64,000 nt of DNA from Gammaproteobacteria bacterium (GCA_965116495.1 OZ220696.1:3424001-3488000), one strand, 5' to 3'; numbered from the stretch's first letter, positions 1-12,400 are shown. Translations and numbers: made by a program. Notes: generated by a model not told the origin, from the letters alone.

Positions 1-779
1 ATACGCCAGACGTCGTCGGCCTGCTTGTGTATGAGCGAAGTCTGTCCGGGATTGAACGGCGGGTCGAACCAGAAGCGCCGGATCGCCGGGAAATCAGCTT
101 TCATGCGCACGTCGGCAATCAGGAAGTTGTCCTCGAACACGCGGCCGACGAAATCCAGTCCCAGGGCCTCCCGTACCGGGCTGCGATGCCCGTCCGCGGC
201 CACCAGGTAATCGCAGCTCAGCCGGTATTCCCCGGCGGGAGTGCTGACAGTTACTATGACCTTGTCGGCATCATTGACGACACCGACCACCTCGTTTTGC
301 CAGCGTATTTCTGTTTGTGGATATTCCGGAAATAAATTGATCAGGTATTCTTCCGCGTAGAACTGCTGCAGGTTGATGAACGCGGGAAATTTCTGCAGTT
401 TATCCGGGAGCAGGTCGAACTTGTAAATCGGTTCGGTTTCCTTGCCGAAATAAACCCAGCCCTGGTTCCATACCACGCCTTTTTCCATCATGCGTCCGCT
501 GGTGCCGATGCGGTCGAGAATCTCCAACGTGCGTTTCGCCCAGCAGATGGCGCGCGATCCGTTACTGACTGTATTGTATTTTTCCAGGACCACGGACCGG
601 ATACCGTAACGGGCCAGGTCTATGGCGCTGGCCAGGCCGATGGGACCGCCGCCCGCGATGATCACCGGGATATGGGTCATTGCGCCCGAATCGATCTCGG
701 AAGGACGGACAAATTCATACACGCGCCGCGCCTGGCGGCTGGTCTGTCGCGCCTTGCCTATATCGCCGTATGTTGCCAT
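1..779 (-). CDS. FAD-dependent monooxygenase/oxidoreductase (aromatic hydroxylase family), runs off the window edge
   Basis: Not in ORF track. Hand translation from ATG at 779 gives MATYGDIG...VIIAGGGPIGLASAIDLARYG...GSRAICWAKRTLEILDRIG (Rossmann GxGxxG). Confidence 0.85.
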   Translation of the reverse strand, partial: MATYGDIGKARQTSRQARRVYEFVRPSEIDSGAMTHIPVIIAGGGPIGLASAIDLARYGIRSVVLEKYNTVSNGSRAICWAKRTLEILDRIGTSGRMMEKGVVWNQGWVYFGKETEPIYKFDLLPDKLQKFPAFINLQQFYAEEYLINLFPEYPQTEIRWQNEVVGVVNDADKVIVTVSTPAGEYRLSCDYLVAADGHRSPVREALGLDFVGRVFEDNFLIADVRMKADFPAIRRFWFDPPFNPGQTSLIHKQADDVWR

Positions 780-804
780 TAGAATATTCTATCCGCGAAG
801 ATGT

Positions 805-1023
805 TCACTTGGGTCTCTTTTTGAATCCTTCGACAGTCAGTCCGCTGTCTTTGACTATTCCAGCCATTGTGCAGGCATTAATCGGACTATTTCCCGGGAT
901 TGTCACGAAATGAACTCCATCTGACATAACTGTATGCTTTCTTCCTTCCCTGACAATATTGAACCCGGATTTCTGTAACGCACGTACGGCATTACGATGA
1001 TTTACACCGGGGATTTTGGGCAT
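805..1023 (-). CDS. hicA: HicA-family toxin
   Basis: 72 aa, basic; ALQKSGF..VREGRKH...VTIP pattern; paired with HicB. Confidence 0.8.
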   Translation of the reverse strand: MPKIPGVNHRNAVRALQKSGFNIVREGRKHTVMSDGVHFVTIPGNSPINACTMAGIVKDSGLTVEGFKKRPK

Positions 1024-1025
1024 GA

Positions 1026-1223
1026 TTACAGAGCTACTTCAATCTCGCGACATGTCTCCTCTGTGTATTTTTCTGAAACAGCCGCCAGATAATCCTGAAT
1101 GGCTTCACCGATGTTAGTGACAGCTTTTTCTTCCGTTTTTCCTTGAGACCAGCATCCGGGAAGAGCCGGACAGGAAATGCTGTAGCCTTCACCTGATTCC
1201 TTAATTACAACCATATATTCCAT
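1026..1223 (-). CDS. hicB: HicB-family antitoxin (short, no DNA-binding domain)
   Basis: CPALPGCWSQGKTEEKAVTNIGEAI motif. Confidence 0.85.
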   Translation of the reverse strand: MEYMVVIKESGEGYSISCPALPGCWSQGKTEEKAVTNIGEAIQDYLAAVSEKYTEETCREIEVAL

Positions 1224-1280
1224 ACTGATTTTCCTTTGTCGATGGATTGACGGATCAGTTCCTCGGTAATCCTACTTTAT

Positions 1281-1469
1281 TCGGCACTGGAGAACAAGTC
1301 ACTCCGGGATTACAGCATCACGCAGATCGCCTTCAGTTACGGCTTCAATGACGCCGCGCATTTCAGCCGCAAGTTCAAGGAGAGTTACGGCGTTTCCCCG
1401 AAAGAATATCGCGGCAGGTATGTATTGCAAAAAAAACCCGTGGTGTTGAAGACACACCACGGGCTATAA
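1281..1469 (+). pseudogene. C-terminal remnant of an AraC-family regulator
   Basis: Reads ..SITQIAFSYGFNDAAHFSRKFKESYGVSPKEYR.. (AraC second-HTH signature); N-terminal part absent. Confidence 0.8.
1429..1463 (-). terminator. Intrinsic terminator of the fadL-like gene
   Basis: CCCGTGGTGT/ACACCACGGG stem next to an A-run (U-tail on minus strand). Confidence 0.75.
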
Positions 1470-1526
1470 AAGCTCTGACTGCTATAGTAGGAAGGAAAGT
1501 CTTTGGCTGTAAACCATGAGCGTATG

Positions 1527-2975
1527 TCAGAAGCTGTACGTGATATCAAAACCAAACAGATTTATCCAGCTGCCGAACGTGAAATCCTCGTCGCTGGTAA
1601 CGTTTGTCAACACACCGGGGCTGTCAAATGCAACTTTGGAGAAACCGCCCATGTTACGGCTCTCACCCGCTTTGATTGTTCGATCCTCGTAGAATACGCC
1701 TTGCCAACCTGCGGTAAGTGTCCAGCCGCGGCCATCTGAATTGGTCAGGTCATACGTGGCGCCGGCGCCTATCCAATGCCGATCACCCGACCAGAACAGG
1801 ACATCAATTGTTTCATCAGGCGCAGTTTCCGGATCATAGCGGTAACCGCCCAGGAGGGTCAGTTGGTCATTCAATCTGTATTGGACTCCTGCAGCAACCG
1901 CCAGGGTATCATCCCCTTCCCAGTCATAAGTCACGCCGGTGACACCATTGAGGGCGGGTCCGACCGGACCGACAAGACCGCTGAGTGGTTCACCGAATTT
2001 TATGTTGGCCCGTTTGCCGACGGCATCCGCGTCCGACCAGAACGTGTACTGCAAATCGACGGACCAGGTAAGCGCGTCATTGATATCGTAAGCAAAGCCG
2101 GCCTTGAGGTGGGCGGGCGTGTCGAAATCCAACTTCCAGGGCACGATTGACTTTCCCAGACCAAGAGGATTGTTGAAATCGATGGTCGCCTCTCCGTCAA
2201 AAGTAGTATCCTGCTCGCTGCGATAGGTCACGCCGATAGTCAGATCATCCGACACATCGTATTTTGCCCCGATGGTAAAGCCGATCTCATCAAAGGCCGG
2301 GTCGAACTGGAACGGAGGAACAAACAGGGGGAAATCCATCTCTGTCTCCAGGAGTATCCGTCCTACTATGAGCTCATTCGGTCCTGTATGGCCACCCAAT
2401 GCTGTGACCGGCACCAGCCTCTCTACAGTCAAATGTTTGAAAGCCACGATATTCAATGCGACGCCCACGTTAAGCCGGTCGGTAACTTCCATGCCTACGA
2501 CCGCCCCTAAATCAACGGTGAAGAAGGCCTGGTTGCTGAAACTGTACCGGTGAACACCCGCATCGTTTTCCCAATCTGCCGTCAAGGCAAACGGTACACC
2601 AAGGCCGACCCCTGCGGTAATCTTTTCACTGAGAGGAAGATAAATGCCTAAACCCGGGGCAGCGGCAATCTCACCGTTAACAGTTGTTGCTTCAACGTCA
2701 TAACTGCCGCCGGAGTCATCCATGGTTAACTGATTCGTGTCTACAAACCTGAGTCCCAGACTGATGACCGGCTTTTTGAATTCTGCAGCCCCGGCAGGAT
2801 TGACATACCAGGTACTTGCGTCTGCGGCAACGCCCTGGGTCGCGCCGGCCAGTGCACCCTCGCGGTTCGACATCCCCATTGTTTGGACGAAATCAGCGGA
2901 GGCACTTGCCGTATAACAGGTCAGTACTACGAGGCCAAACATACGTACAAAATTATTAGCAACTTTATATTTCAT
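1527..2975 (-). CDS. FadL/TodX/TbuX-family outer-membrane hydrophobic-compound channel
   Basis: Signal peptide, GALAGA..ADASTWYVNPAG motif, beta-strand pattern, C-terminal Phe; GGAGG upstream of ATG 2975. Confidence 0.85.
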   Translation of the reverse strand: MKYKVANNFVRMFGLVVLTCYTASASADFVQTMGMSNREGALAGATQGVAADASTWYVNPAGAAEFKKPVISLGLRFVDTNQLTMDDSGGSYDVEATTVNGEIAAAPGLGIYLPLSEKITAGVGLGVPFALTADWENDAGVHRYSFSNQAFFTVDLGAVVGMEVTDRLNVGVALNIVAFKHLTVERLVPVTALGGHTGPNELIVGRILLETEMDFPLFVPPFQFDPAFDEIGFTIGAKYDVSDDLTIGVTYRSEQDTTFDGEATIDFNNPLGLGKSIVPWKLDFDTPAHLKAGFAYDINDALTWSVDLQYTFWSDADAVGKRANIKFGEPLSGLVGPVGPALNGVTGVTYDWEGDDTLAVAAGVQYRLNDQLTLLGGYRYDPETAPDETIDVLFWSGDRHWIGAGATYDLTNSDGRGWTLTAGWQGVFYEDRTIKAGESRNMGGFSKVAFDSPGVLTNVTSDEDFTFGSWINLFGFDITYSF

Positions 2976-3140
2976 CATCTCCTCCAGGCAAACCATCACA
3001 AGTGTAAAACGATGTTGAAAACAACTTACCAGCGAAAACATACACAATAGTCTTATGGCATACCGAAATATTTGGTTCGATAAAGATTCGGGTGCCGTAG
3101 TTATAATCCTGTCTCATTTATTATTATAATACAATACACA

Positions 3141-3170
3141 TTATACACAATTATCCATTTTTATCCATAA
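3141..3170 (-). promoter_or_regulatory. 10-bp-phased TTATGGATAA-like repeat array, fadL/aldehyde dehydrogenase divergent region
   Basis: TTATACACAA TTATCCATTT TTATCCATAA on + strand. Confidence 0.55.
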
Positions 3171-3239
3171 TTAACTATTTTCTGAATAAGAACCCTGTTG
3201 TAATAGGGTATAATACCTAATCATACCTACCCAACAAAA

Positions 3240-4670
3240 ATGAGAGAAAAAATGGAAGCTGATGAGAAAGCAAAAGCACAGAGAGCGGAAGTTGCATCGC
3301 TGATTGAACAGGCAAAGTCTGCCCAGAGGGAAATTGGGAACTACACCCAGCAGCAGGTTGACGAACTTGTCACTGCAATCTGCTGGGCAATAGTGCGCCA
3401 GGACCGTGCTGAAGAGCTTGCCAGGATTGCCGTGGATGAAGGCGGGTTCGGCAACTACGACGACAAGGTGATGAAAATACGCAACCGCTGCATGGGTACG
3501 CTGGCAGACATGCAATCGGTTAAGACAGCCGGGATTATTGAGGAAGATCCTGACAGGGGATTGCTCAAAATCGCCAAGCCGGTTGGCGTGGTTGCGGCAT
3601 TGATACCGACAACCGGTCCGGATGCAACCCCTCCGTTAAAGACGCTGCTGGCGGTAAAGGGCCGCAATGCCATCATCGTTGCCGCCCATCCCCGCACCCA
3701 GCAGACTACCGAGTTGACCGTTAAATATATGCGTGAAGCCTGTGAACAGGCCGGTGTGTCGGCAGACCTGGTGCAGGTGATCCGGAAGCCGTCGCTTGGA
3801 AAGACACAGGCGCTGATGGAGATGGCTGATCTGGTGGTTGCCACAGGCGGCGCCGGCATGGTGAAAGCGGCTTACAGCTCCGGCACGCCGGCCTATGGCG
3901 TCGGCGTTGGCAACAGTGTGCATGTTGTTGATGAAACAGGAGATTTACAGGATGCGGCCAATGCTGTCACGGCTGCAAAAAAGTTTGACTACGCCACGTC
4001 CTGTCTTGCTGATAATGCCGTAATAGCGCATGATACGATTTATGATGATTTTGTCGGCAGGCTGAAAGAGATGGGAGGATATCTTTGCTCAGCCGATGAA
4101 AAAAGGCAGCTACAGGAGTTGATGTGGCCTGATCCTGACAATCATATACCTGCCCTGGAAATTATTGCCAAGCCCGCGACGACTATCGCAAAACTGGCAA
4201 ATATTGAGGTGCCGGATGATTGCGGCTACCTGATTGTGGAAGAGACGGGAGCGGGTCCGGATCATCCTTTCTCGGGAGAGAAGCTTTCTTCAGTGCTGGC
4301 GCTATACAAGTATTCAGGCGAAATAGACAACGCTATTGACCGGATAAATACAATCACAGATTACCAGGGGCAGGGTCATACCTGTGGTATCCATTCAAAG
4401 ACTGAGGAAAACATCATGGCGGTCGCGATGAACACCAAAACAGGCCGCGTCATGATCAACCAGAATCTTAACGAAGGTGCGGGTAGCCCGCGTAACGGGC
4501 TACCCTATACACTAAGCCTTAGTTGCGGTACCTGGGGTGGAAATATCACTACCGAAAATGTCAATGCGCGCCACATGATAAACGAGACCTGGGTATCAAG
4601 GCCCGTTACTCCACGGGCAATAGACGAAGAATCGCTGTTCTCGGAACATTGGGACAAGCATGGAAGGTAG
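3240..4670 (+). CDS. CoA-acylating aldehyde dehydrogenase (AdhE-N/EutE/SauS-like)
   Basis: KPVGVV, ATGGAGMVKAAYSSG, catalytic Cys in FDYATSC, GEKLS, LSCGTWGGN. Confidence 0.85.
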   Translation: MREKMEADEKAKAQRAEVASLIEQAKSAQREIGNYTQQQVDELVTAICWAIVRQDRAEELARIAVDEGGFGNYDDKVMKIRNRCMGTLADMQSVKTAGIIEEDPDRGLLKIAKPVGVVAALIPTTGPDATPPLKTLLAVKGRNAIIVAAHPRTQQTTELTVKYMREACEQAGVSADLVQVIRKPSLGKTQALMEMADLVVATGGAGMVKAAYSSGTPAYGVGVGNSVHVVDETGDLQDAANAVTAAKKFDYATSCLADNAVIAHDTIYDDFVGRLKEMGGYLCSADEKRQLQELMWPDPDNHIPALEIIAKPATTIAKLANIEVPDDCGYLIVEETGAGPDHPFSGEKLSSVLALYKYSGEIDNAIDRINTITDYQGQGHTCGIHSKTEENIMAVAMNTKTGRVMINQNLNEGAGSPRNGLPYTLSLSCGTWGGNITTENVNARHMINETWVSRPVTPRAIDEESLFSEHWDKHGR

Positions 4671-4707
4671 TGAGACAGTGCTGCGACAGTATTCCGGTAA
4701 TGATGGG

Positions 4708-4753
4708 TTATGGACAACATAGATTATGTGTGAGTATGAAAAAATATGGTATA
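4708..4753 (+). promoter_or_regulatory. TTATGGACAA plus degenerate phased TATG repeats upstream of the regulator
   Basis: TTATGGACAA at 4708-4717; TATG at 4725, 4735, 4745. Confidence 0.5.
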
Positions 4754-4790
4754 ATTAACCGTTATACAATAATTCTCCTTGAGGGGCCAT

Positions 4791-5591
4791 ATGCCGGCAC
4801 AGAAGAAATTCCTTACTATCACCGAAGCAGCAGATTACCTTAAAGTCAGTAAAACCTCATTGCGACGCTGGACAAACAACGGCCGCCTCGCCTGTTATCG
4901 CGTCGGTCACCGCAATGAACGCCGATTCTTACTCGACGACCTCGTCGCCTTTATGGGTGAATCCATAGATACGGGCGATTATCAGGATGGTTCTCGAATT
5001 ACTGCATCCGACGCAACCCAACCTGTTAACCAAAGCGCCCGGGCCACACGTAAACATATCTGTACTTTTTTCAAGAGTCCCAAAGAACAGTGGGGCCTGT
5101 TGCGGATGCATCTGCTCGATCATCTCAACTCTGAAGCAAAAACCGTCTATATCTATCAACGGGATAAACAGCAACTGTTGAACTGGCTCAGGAACGAAGA
5201 CCTGGACCCGGAAGATTTGATTGATCGTGGCGTACTTGAATTGTATACCGATGCTGATACGTATTTGAAAGACGGCCACTTCAGTACCGATCGTATGTTG
5301 TCCTTCTGGCAGGATATCATTACCAGGCACGAGGCATCCGGCACCAAGAGGTTACTTCTTACGGGTGAGATGGGCTGGGCCAGCAGCGGCGTTATGGGCT
5401 GTGAACAACTGGTTCCGTACGAGGCAGCCCTGGACGCGATGCTGGAAGTTACCCCCTGGGTCAGCGTAATTTGTCAATATCCTGTCTACCAGTTCTCAGG
5501 TTCCACGGTATATGACAATTTGTGCGTACATACACACGTACAATTGGTTGATCGCCTGGACACCGGTTTCAGCCCGATCGGCACAAGCTGA
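4791..5591 (+). CDS. HTH_17 (excisionase/BldC-like) plus MEDS (DcmR-type sensor) regulator
   Basis: N-term LTITEAADYLKVSKTSLRRW..G.L...R.G...RRF; C-term HICTFF...TGEMGW...YEAAL...ICQY...HTH. Confidence 0.8.
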   Translation: MPAQKKFLTITEAADYLKVSKTSLRRWTNNGRLACYRVGHRNERRFLLDDLVAFMGESIDTGDYQDGSRITASDATQPVNQSARATRKHICTFFKSPKEQWGLLRMHLLDHLNSEAKTVYIYQRDKQQLLNWLRNEDLDPEDLIDRGVLELYTDADTYLKDGHFSTDRMLSFWQDIITRHEASGTKRLLLTGEMGWASSGVMGCEQLVPYEAALDAMLEVTPWVSVICQYPVYQFSGSTVYDNLCVHTHVQLVDRLDTGFSPIGTS

Positions 5592-5637
5592 AATTATCGT
5601 ATTACTTACCGGTCCCTGTCCGGACGGTCTGAACGGC

Positions 5638-7982
<2,345 letters not shown>

Positions 7983-8007
7983 TCAATCACGTCTGAAATT
8001 ATCAGGG

Positions 8008-8047
8008 TTATGGATAATTAATTATAGTTATGAATAATTATTTATAC
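8008..8047 (+). promoter_or_regulatory. Phased repeat array in the xecC/etnA divergent promoter
   Basis: TTATGGATAA 8008-8017 and TTATGAATAA 8028-8037; TTA recurs every 10 bp. Confidence 0.6.
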
Positions 8048-8158
8048 TATAATATAAGCAGTAAGAGATTTCGATAGTCGACTTGAAAAATGAGTGTGTA
8101 ACCCGGGTAGAACAATAACCAAGGATCAAAATTGGTATAGAGAAGGGGGATAAAATCA

Positions 8159-9172
8159 ATGAACGCTGCAAATTTGCCTGGTAATCGGCATTTCACCTGG
8201 TTTAAACCGGAAAGACGCAGACCCACAGATTACGAATCCTACACATTAGGACAACAGTCAGGCCCTCATCAATGGCTGGATGTTGATTGGCCCCTTTGTT
8301 TTGATGATGGTCAAGAGCCTTTCACAGAAGCTGCCTCAGAAATAATATGTACTACCTGGGATCAATTTCGTGATCCCATGAAAGTATGGCAAAGGCCTTA
8401 TGTCTCTCGAAACAACCATGAAGAGCAGGCACTGGACGGCATGACAAAACAGGCTTTGCAGGACGGTGTTGCCGACCGCATCAATCCTGTCTGGCGGGAT
8501 GAAATTCTGGGTAAGTATTATGCAGCATGGCCTTTTGTGGAGTATGGCCAATTTTTAGCGATATGTTATGCAGTACGGCAGGTACTGGATGCAACACTCA
8601 CGTTTTCGTTGGGGTTTCAAGCTACAGATAAAGTGCGCCATCAGCAGGATATTGTGCATCTGATTTTTGATTTAAAGGAAGCGTTACCCGGTTATTCCGA
8701 TGAACAAGCCAGGTCAGCCTGGATGAATTCTCCCGCGCTTGTTCCAACTCGTGAAATAACCGAACGCCTGATCGATTCCGATGACTGGGCGGAGATAGTC
8801 ATTGTTTTGGGGCTGGTGTTCGAGCCGCTCGTCGGAAATTTATTCAAAACCGAATTCATGACCAAGAATGCGCCCATAAATGGGGATGCAGTCACGCCCA
8901 TGATTCTGGCGAATGCGCGGCGTGACTCTAAATATCACCTGCAACTTGTTCAGGCAATTGTCAATATGGTTTTGGCTGACTCAAAACATGGAGCTGACAA
9001 TAAAAAGATTATTGGAAGCTGGCTGGTAAAATGGACACCGCTGTGCGAAACAGCAGCGCAGTCATTGCAAACGGTTTTCGAGATTGATGGAATTGATGCT
9101 GAACCTTTTGAACAGGGATTTACCCGGGTTAAAAACATGCAATCATCGCTGGTACAAGAGCTTGGACTTTAA
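8159..9172 (+). CDS. etnA: Alkene monooxygenase hydroxylase beta subunit
   Basis: FTWFKPERRRPTDYESYT, WDQFRDP, SDIMO beta features; operon order. Confidence 0.85.
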   Translation: MNAANLPGNRHFTWFKPERRRPTDYESYTLGQQSGPHQWLDVDWPLCFDDGQEPFTEAASEIICTTWDQFRDPMKVWQRPYVSRNNHEEQALDGMTKQALQDGVADRINPVWRDEILGKYYAAWPFVEYGQFLAICYAVRQVLDATLTFSLGFQATDKVRHQQDIVHLIFDLKEALPGYSDEQARSAWMNSPALVPTREITERLIDSDDWAEIVIVLGLVFEPLVGNLFKTEFMTKNAPINGDAVTPMILANARRDSKYHLQLVQAIVNMVLADSKHGADNKKIIGSWLVKWTPLCETAAQSLQTVFEIDGIDAEPFEQGFTRVKNMQSSLVQELGL

Positions 9173-9188
9173 ACGAGGAGATATAATT

Positions 9189-9488
9189 ATGATTTCAAAT
9201 AATAGTGTCGGTATCTCATTGATGAAAAGTGATGAAACACGTGCGACCCTGGAATACCTGGAAGAAAGTGCAAGTGATGCTCGCGTGAGTGATCGTGACT
9301 GTTATTACAAAGTTGAACGTGATAATAAACTTGAATTTGACATGGAAGGGATATCGGATTTCCTGGGCCGTGACCTTGATACGGATATTTTCCTGGTAAA
9401 TATGAGCTCTTACTATGGCCGAATTGTTGTTTCTGATGGAAAAGTTGAAATTTTCTCAGAAATAAAGCCCGAACGCTTCAACGACTGA
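9189..9488 (+). CDS. etnB: Monooxygenase coupling/effector protein (MmoB/DmpM family)
   Basis: VGISLMKSDE, VNMSSYYGRI; GAGGAG RBS supports ATG 9189. Confidence 0.88.
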   Translation: MISNNSVGISLMKSDETRATLEYLEESASDARVSDRDCYYKVERDNKLEFDMEGISDFLGRDLDTDIFLVNMSSYYGRIVVSDGKVEIFSEIKPERFND

Positions 9489-9501
9489 TGGGAGAGATTT
9501 A

Positions 9502-11016
9502 ATGACTGCTAATCTGGTGGAAGTACATGAAAAGGCAAAAGATTACGATTGGGATTTTTCGTTTGCGGAAAAAAGGCCGAAGTTTGACACAAAATATAAT
9601 ATCCCGACGAAAGGCAAGGACCCTTTTCGTATGCTGGTGAGGGATTACATGAAGATGGAAGCCGAAAAGGATGATCGCACCCATGGGTTTATCGATGGCG
9701 CGCTGAGGATGGGAATAGCGGAAAAAATGGAACCAAGGTTTAACGAGTGTTTGAAATTGACACTGTTGGACCTGGGCAATGCTGAATATGTGGCAGTTGC
9801 AGCCTGCGGCGGCATTATTTCATCCGTTCAGAACCAGGAACTCAGGCAAGGCTATCATGCGCAGATGCTGGATGAAATTCGTCATACCCAGCTGGAAATG
9901 GCCTTACGTAACTATTATGTAAAGAATGTTCCTGACCCGGCCGGGTGGGATCTTGGACAAAAAGCTCTGTTCCAGCATCCCGGCGGGCTTGTCGCAGTAG
10001 GTGAGTTCCAGCATTTCAATACCGGTGATCCCATAGATTGTATTATTGACCTGAATGTTGTAATTGAAACTGCTTATACCAATATCCTCCTGGTCGCTGC
10101 GCCACAGTCGGCAGTCCTGAATGGCGATCATGCCCTGGCGACAACATTTCTTTCAATTCAATCCGATGAAGCGCGGCATATGGCGAACGGATACGGCTCG
10201 TTGATATCGGTCCTGCGTAATGAGGAGAATGTGCCGTTGGTTAACGACGCCCTTGAACGCCATTTCTGGCATGCGCACAAGGGACTGGATGCGCTGGTCG
10301 GATGGCAGTCTGAATACGGTTCCGTAAATCGTGCATGGGCTTACAGAGATCAATGGCAGGAATGGATTGTCGATGATTTTGTCGGGGGTTACCTGGAAGG
10401 CCTGGGTGAATTCGGCGTAGAAGTGCCGAGGTTTCTGGGAAAGGCCGTGGAAGATCTTGACTGGATGACCCATACCGTCGGTCAGGTATTTTCAGCCATC
10501 TGGCCGCTGAATTTCTGGCGTTCCGATGCCATGAATGAAAAAGACTACGAATGGTTCGAGAAAAATTATCCCGGCTGGCATAAATACTTTGGCGCATACT
10601 GGGATGGCTATAAACAACTGGCGGATCCGGCCGGTGGGCACATCATTTTGCAGGAGTTGGAAAGTCTGCCGCCGATTTGCCAGGTTTGCCAGTTGCCCTG
10701 TGCGCTGCCAAGACTGGATATCAATGAATTCCGCCTGGTTGAAGTCAATGGATCACAGTATCCGACCTGTAGTGAAGGATGTGAATGGGTATTGAGGAAA
10801 TGGCCGAAGGCCTATACCCGGCGCAAGCAGTTCTGGCACAAGTATCACGGCTGGGACCTGGCTGATGTCATTTCAGATCTCGGCTATATCCGCCCTGATG
10901 GTAAAACCCTGATAGGCCAACCTACGGTTTCTCCGGATCAAAAGATGTGGACGATAGATGACATCCGGGCGCTTAGATACGAGGTCAAGGATCCGCTTCA
11001 TGGAGTCTGTCACTGA
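9502..11016 (+). CDS. etnC: Alkene monooxygenase alpha subunit (soluble di-iron monooxygenase, group-4-like)
   Basis: Di-iron motifs DEIRH and DEARH; WFEKNYPGW; GKTLIGQP; beta-coupling-alpha-reductase order. Confidence 0.88.
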   Translation: MTANLVEVHEKAKDYDWDFSFAEKRPKFDTKYNIPTKGKDPFRMLVRDYMKMEAEKDDRTHGFIDGALRMGIAEKMEPRFNECLKLTLLDLGNAEYVAVAACGGIISSVQNQELRQGYHAQMLDEIRHTQLEMALRNYYVKNVPDPAGWDLGQKALFQHPGGLVAVGEFQHFNTGDPIDCIIDLNVVIETAYTNILLVAAPQSAVLNGDHALATTFLSIQSDEARHMANGYGSLISVLRNEENVPLVNDALERHFWHAHKGLDALVGWQSEYGSVNRAWAYRDQWQEWIVDDFVGGYLEGLGEFGVEVPRFLGKAVEDLDWMTHTVGQVFSAIWPLNFWRSDAMNEKDYEWFEKNYPGWHKYFGAYWDGYKQLADPAGGHIILQELESLPPICQVCQLPCALPRLDINEFRLVEVNGSQYPTCSEGCEWVLRKWPKAYTRRKQFWHKYHGWDLADVISDLGYIRPDGKTLIGQPTVSPDQKMWTIDDIRALRYEVKDPLHGVCH

Positions 11017-11019
11017 CGA

Positions 11020-11336
11020 TAGCCCGCATTTATCACCAAGTCGCTTATTGCTATCCGAAACATGATTGCTGTCAATAAGTTATAGTTATATTCACACGAT
11101 GTCATCATTACAGACTGCGCTTGATGCGCCCTCGCTTGTCTTTTTCCCGCCAGCGGGCACGTGCTTCCTCAACCAGAGCTACGGCTATGCTTTCGGTCGC
11201 AGGCACCCGCTGGCGGGACAAATCTGCCAGGAGCAGATTTGGACGTCCGCAGGACGCCCGCAGGGTGTGCGCCACGGAAGGCGCACATCTAAAATCCTGC
11301 GCGATCTTCGCATCACTTGGTGATAAATGCGGGCTA
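11020..11336. mobile_element. MITE family A, copy 1 (317 bp)
   Basis: Perfect 22-bp terminal inverted repeat TAGCCCGCATTTATCACCAAGT; shares about 100 bp with 14890-15080. Confidence 0.8.
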
Positions 11337-11337
11337 A

Positions 11338-12357
11338 ATGAAAATAACGGTTGAGCCTTTCCTCCACGAGTATGAATGTGAGGAAGGAGAAACCATATTA
11401 AAGGCTGCGCTGAGACAGGGATTGTTTATACGCTATGGTTGCAAACACGGTGGTTGCGGCACCTGCAAGTCGCGTTTAATCGACGGAGATATTGACGAAC
11501 CTCCCTCCACGTTTTGCCTAAGCCACGCAGAAAGAGAAGATGACTGGTTTCTCCCTTGCGTGTCGGTCCCCACCGACGATTGTACTATTGATATCAGTAG
11601 TATGGGTATTTCGGAAGAGGAGTTTCTTTCAGGGGATCAGTCCGGGGAATATGAAACCAGGATAGAGATTAATGAACCTCTGACAAAGGATATTCGCAGG
11701 CTGCGGTTGCGTATTGTCGATGAGGATGGGATGAAGTTTACTGCAGGACAATTTGCCAATATCCAGGTTCCGGGCACCCGGCATTTGCGGCCCTATTCAA
11801 TGGCAAACTCCCCTGAAGAAAAAAACATTCTGGAATTCATCATCAAGGTCTTTCCGGATGGAAGATTTTCCCAACTGTTGGAGGGCCGGTTAAATACAGG
11901 TGACAGATTACAGGTGCATGGTCCTTATGGGGAGCTGAGAATCAGGCTCTCACACAGAAATATCATCATGGTCGCCGGTGGGTCCGGTCTGGCGCCGATA
12001 TTATCCATGTTGTACCGATTAGCGGAAAAAGGAAATGAACGGCCCGTCCAATTCTTTTTTGGCGCCAGAACACATGATGATCTTTACCATATCAAAGAGA
12101 TAGAAGCTGTGGCGCAAACCATGCCGGTGCTGCGATTTATCCCGGTGTTATCCGATAGCTGGCCGGGTGACTGGCGCGGGGAAACGGGGCTGGTAACCGA
12201 AGCGCTGGCCCGGCACAGGGAATCATTCAGGAATTGCGACGCCTACCTGTGCGGGCCACCCCCCATGATAGATGCGGCGACATCCTTGCTTGTGGAACGG
12301 GGAGTCCGGGCGCGGAATGTGTATTTCGACGCATTTTATCCGGCCGCACCTGACTGA
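11338..12357 (+). CDS. etnD: Monooxygenase NADH reductase (2Fe-2S/FAD/NAD)
   Basis: CKHGGCGTC, RPYSMAN, AGGSGLAP, YLCGPPPM. Confidence 0.9.
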   Translation: MKITVEPFLHEYECEEGETILKAALRQGLFIRYGCKHGGCGTCKSRLIDGDIDEPPSTFCLSHAEREDDWFLPCVSVPTDDCTIDISSMGISEEEFLSGDQSGEYETRIEINEPLTKDIRRLRLRIVDEDGMKFTAGQFANIQVPGTRHLRPYSMANSPEEKNILEFIIKVFPDGRFSQLLEGRLNTGDRLQVHGPYGELRIRLSHRNIIMVAGGSGLAPILSMLYRLAEKGNERPVQFFFGARTHDDLYHIKEIEAVAQTMPVLRFIPVLSDSWPGDWRGETGLVTEALARHRESFRNCDAYLCGPPPMIDAATSLLVERGVRARNVYFDAFYPAAPD

Positions 12358-12400
12358 ATTTGGCCCGGGATATATATATTTGTAGATGCCGGAGTGCGAA

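Noticed and set aside
3141-3170. DnaA boxes / replication origin
   Set aside because: TTATACACA fits TTATNCACA, but the other copies read TTATCCAT, are scattered over catabolic promoters, and no dnaA or rep gene is nearby.
11066-11367. Short ORFs between etnC and etnD
   Set aside because: They lie essentially within the MITE and have no protein-like features.
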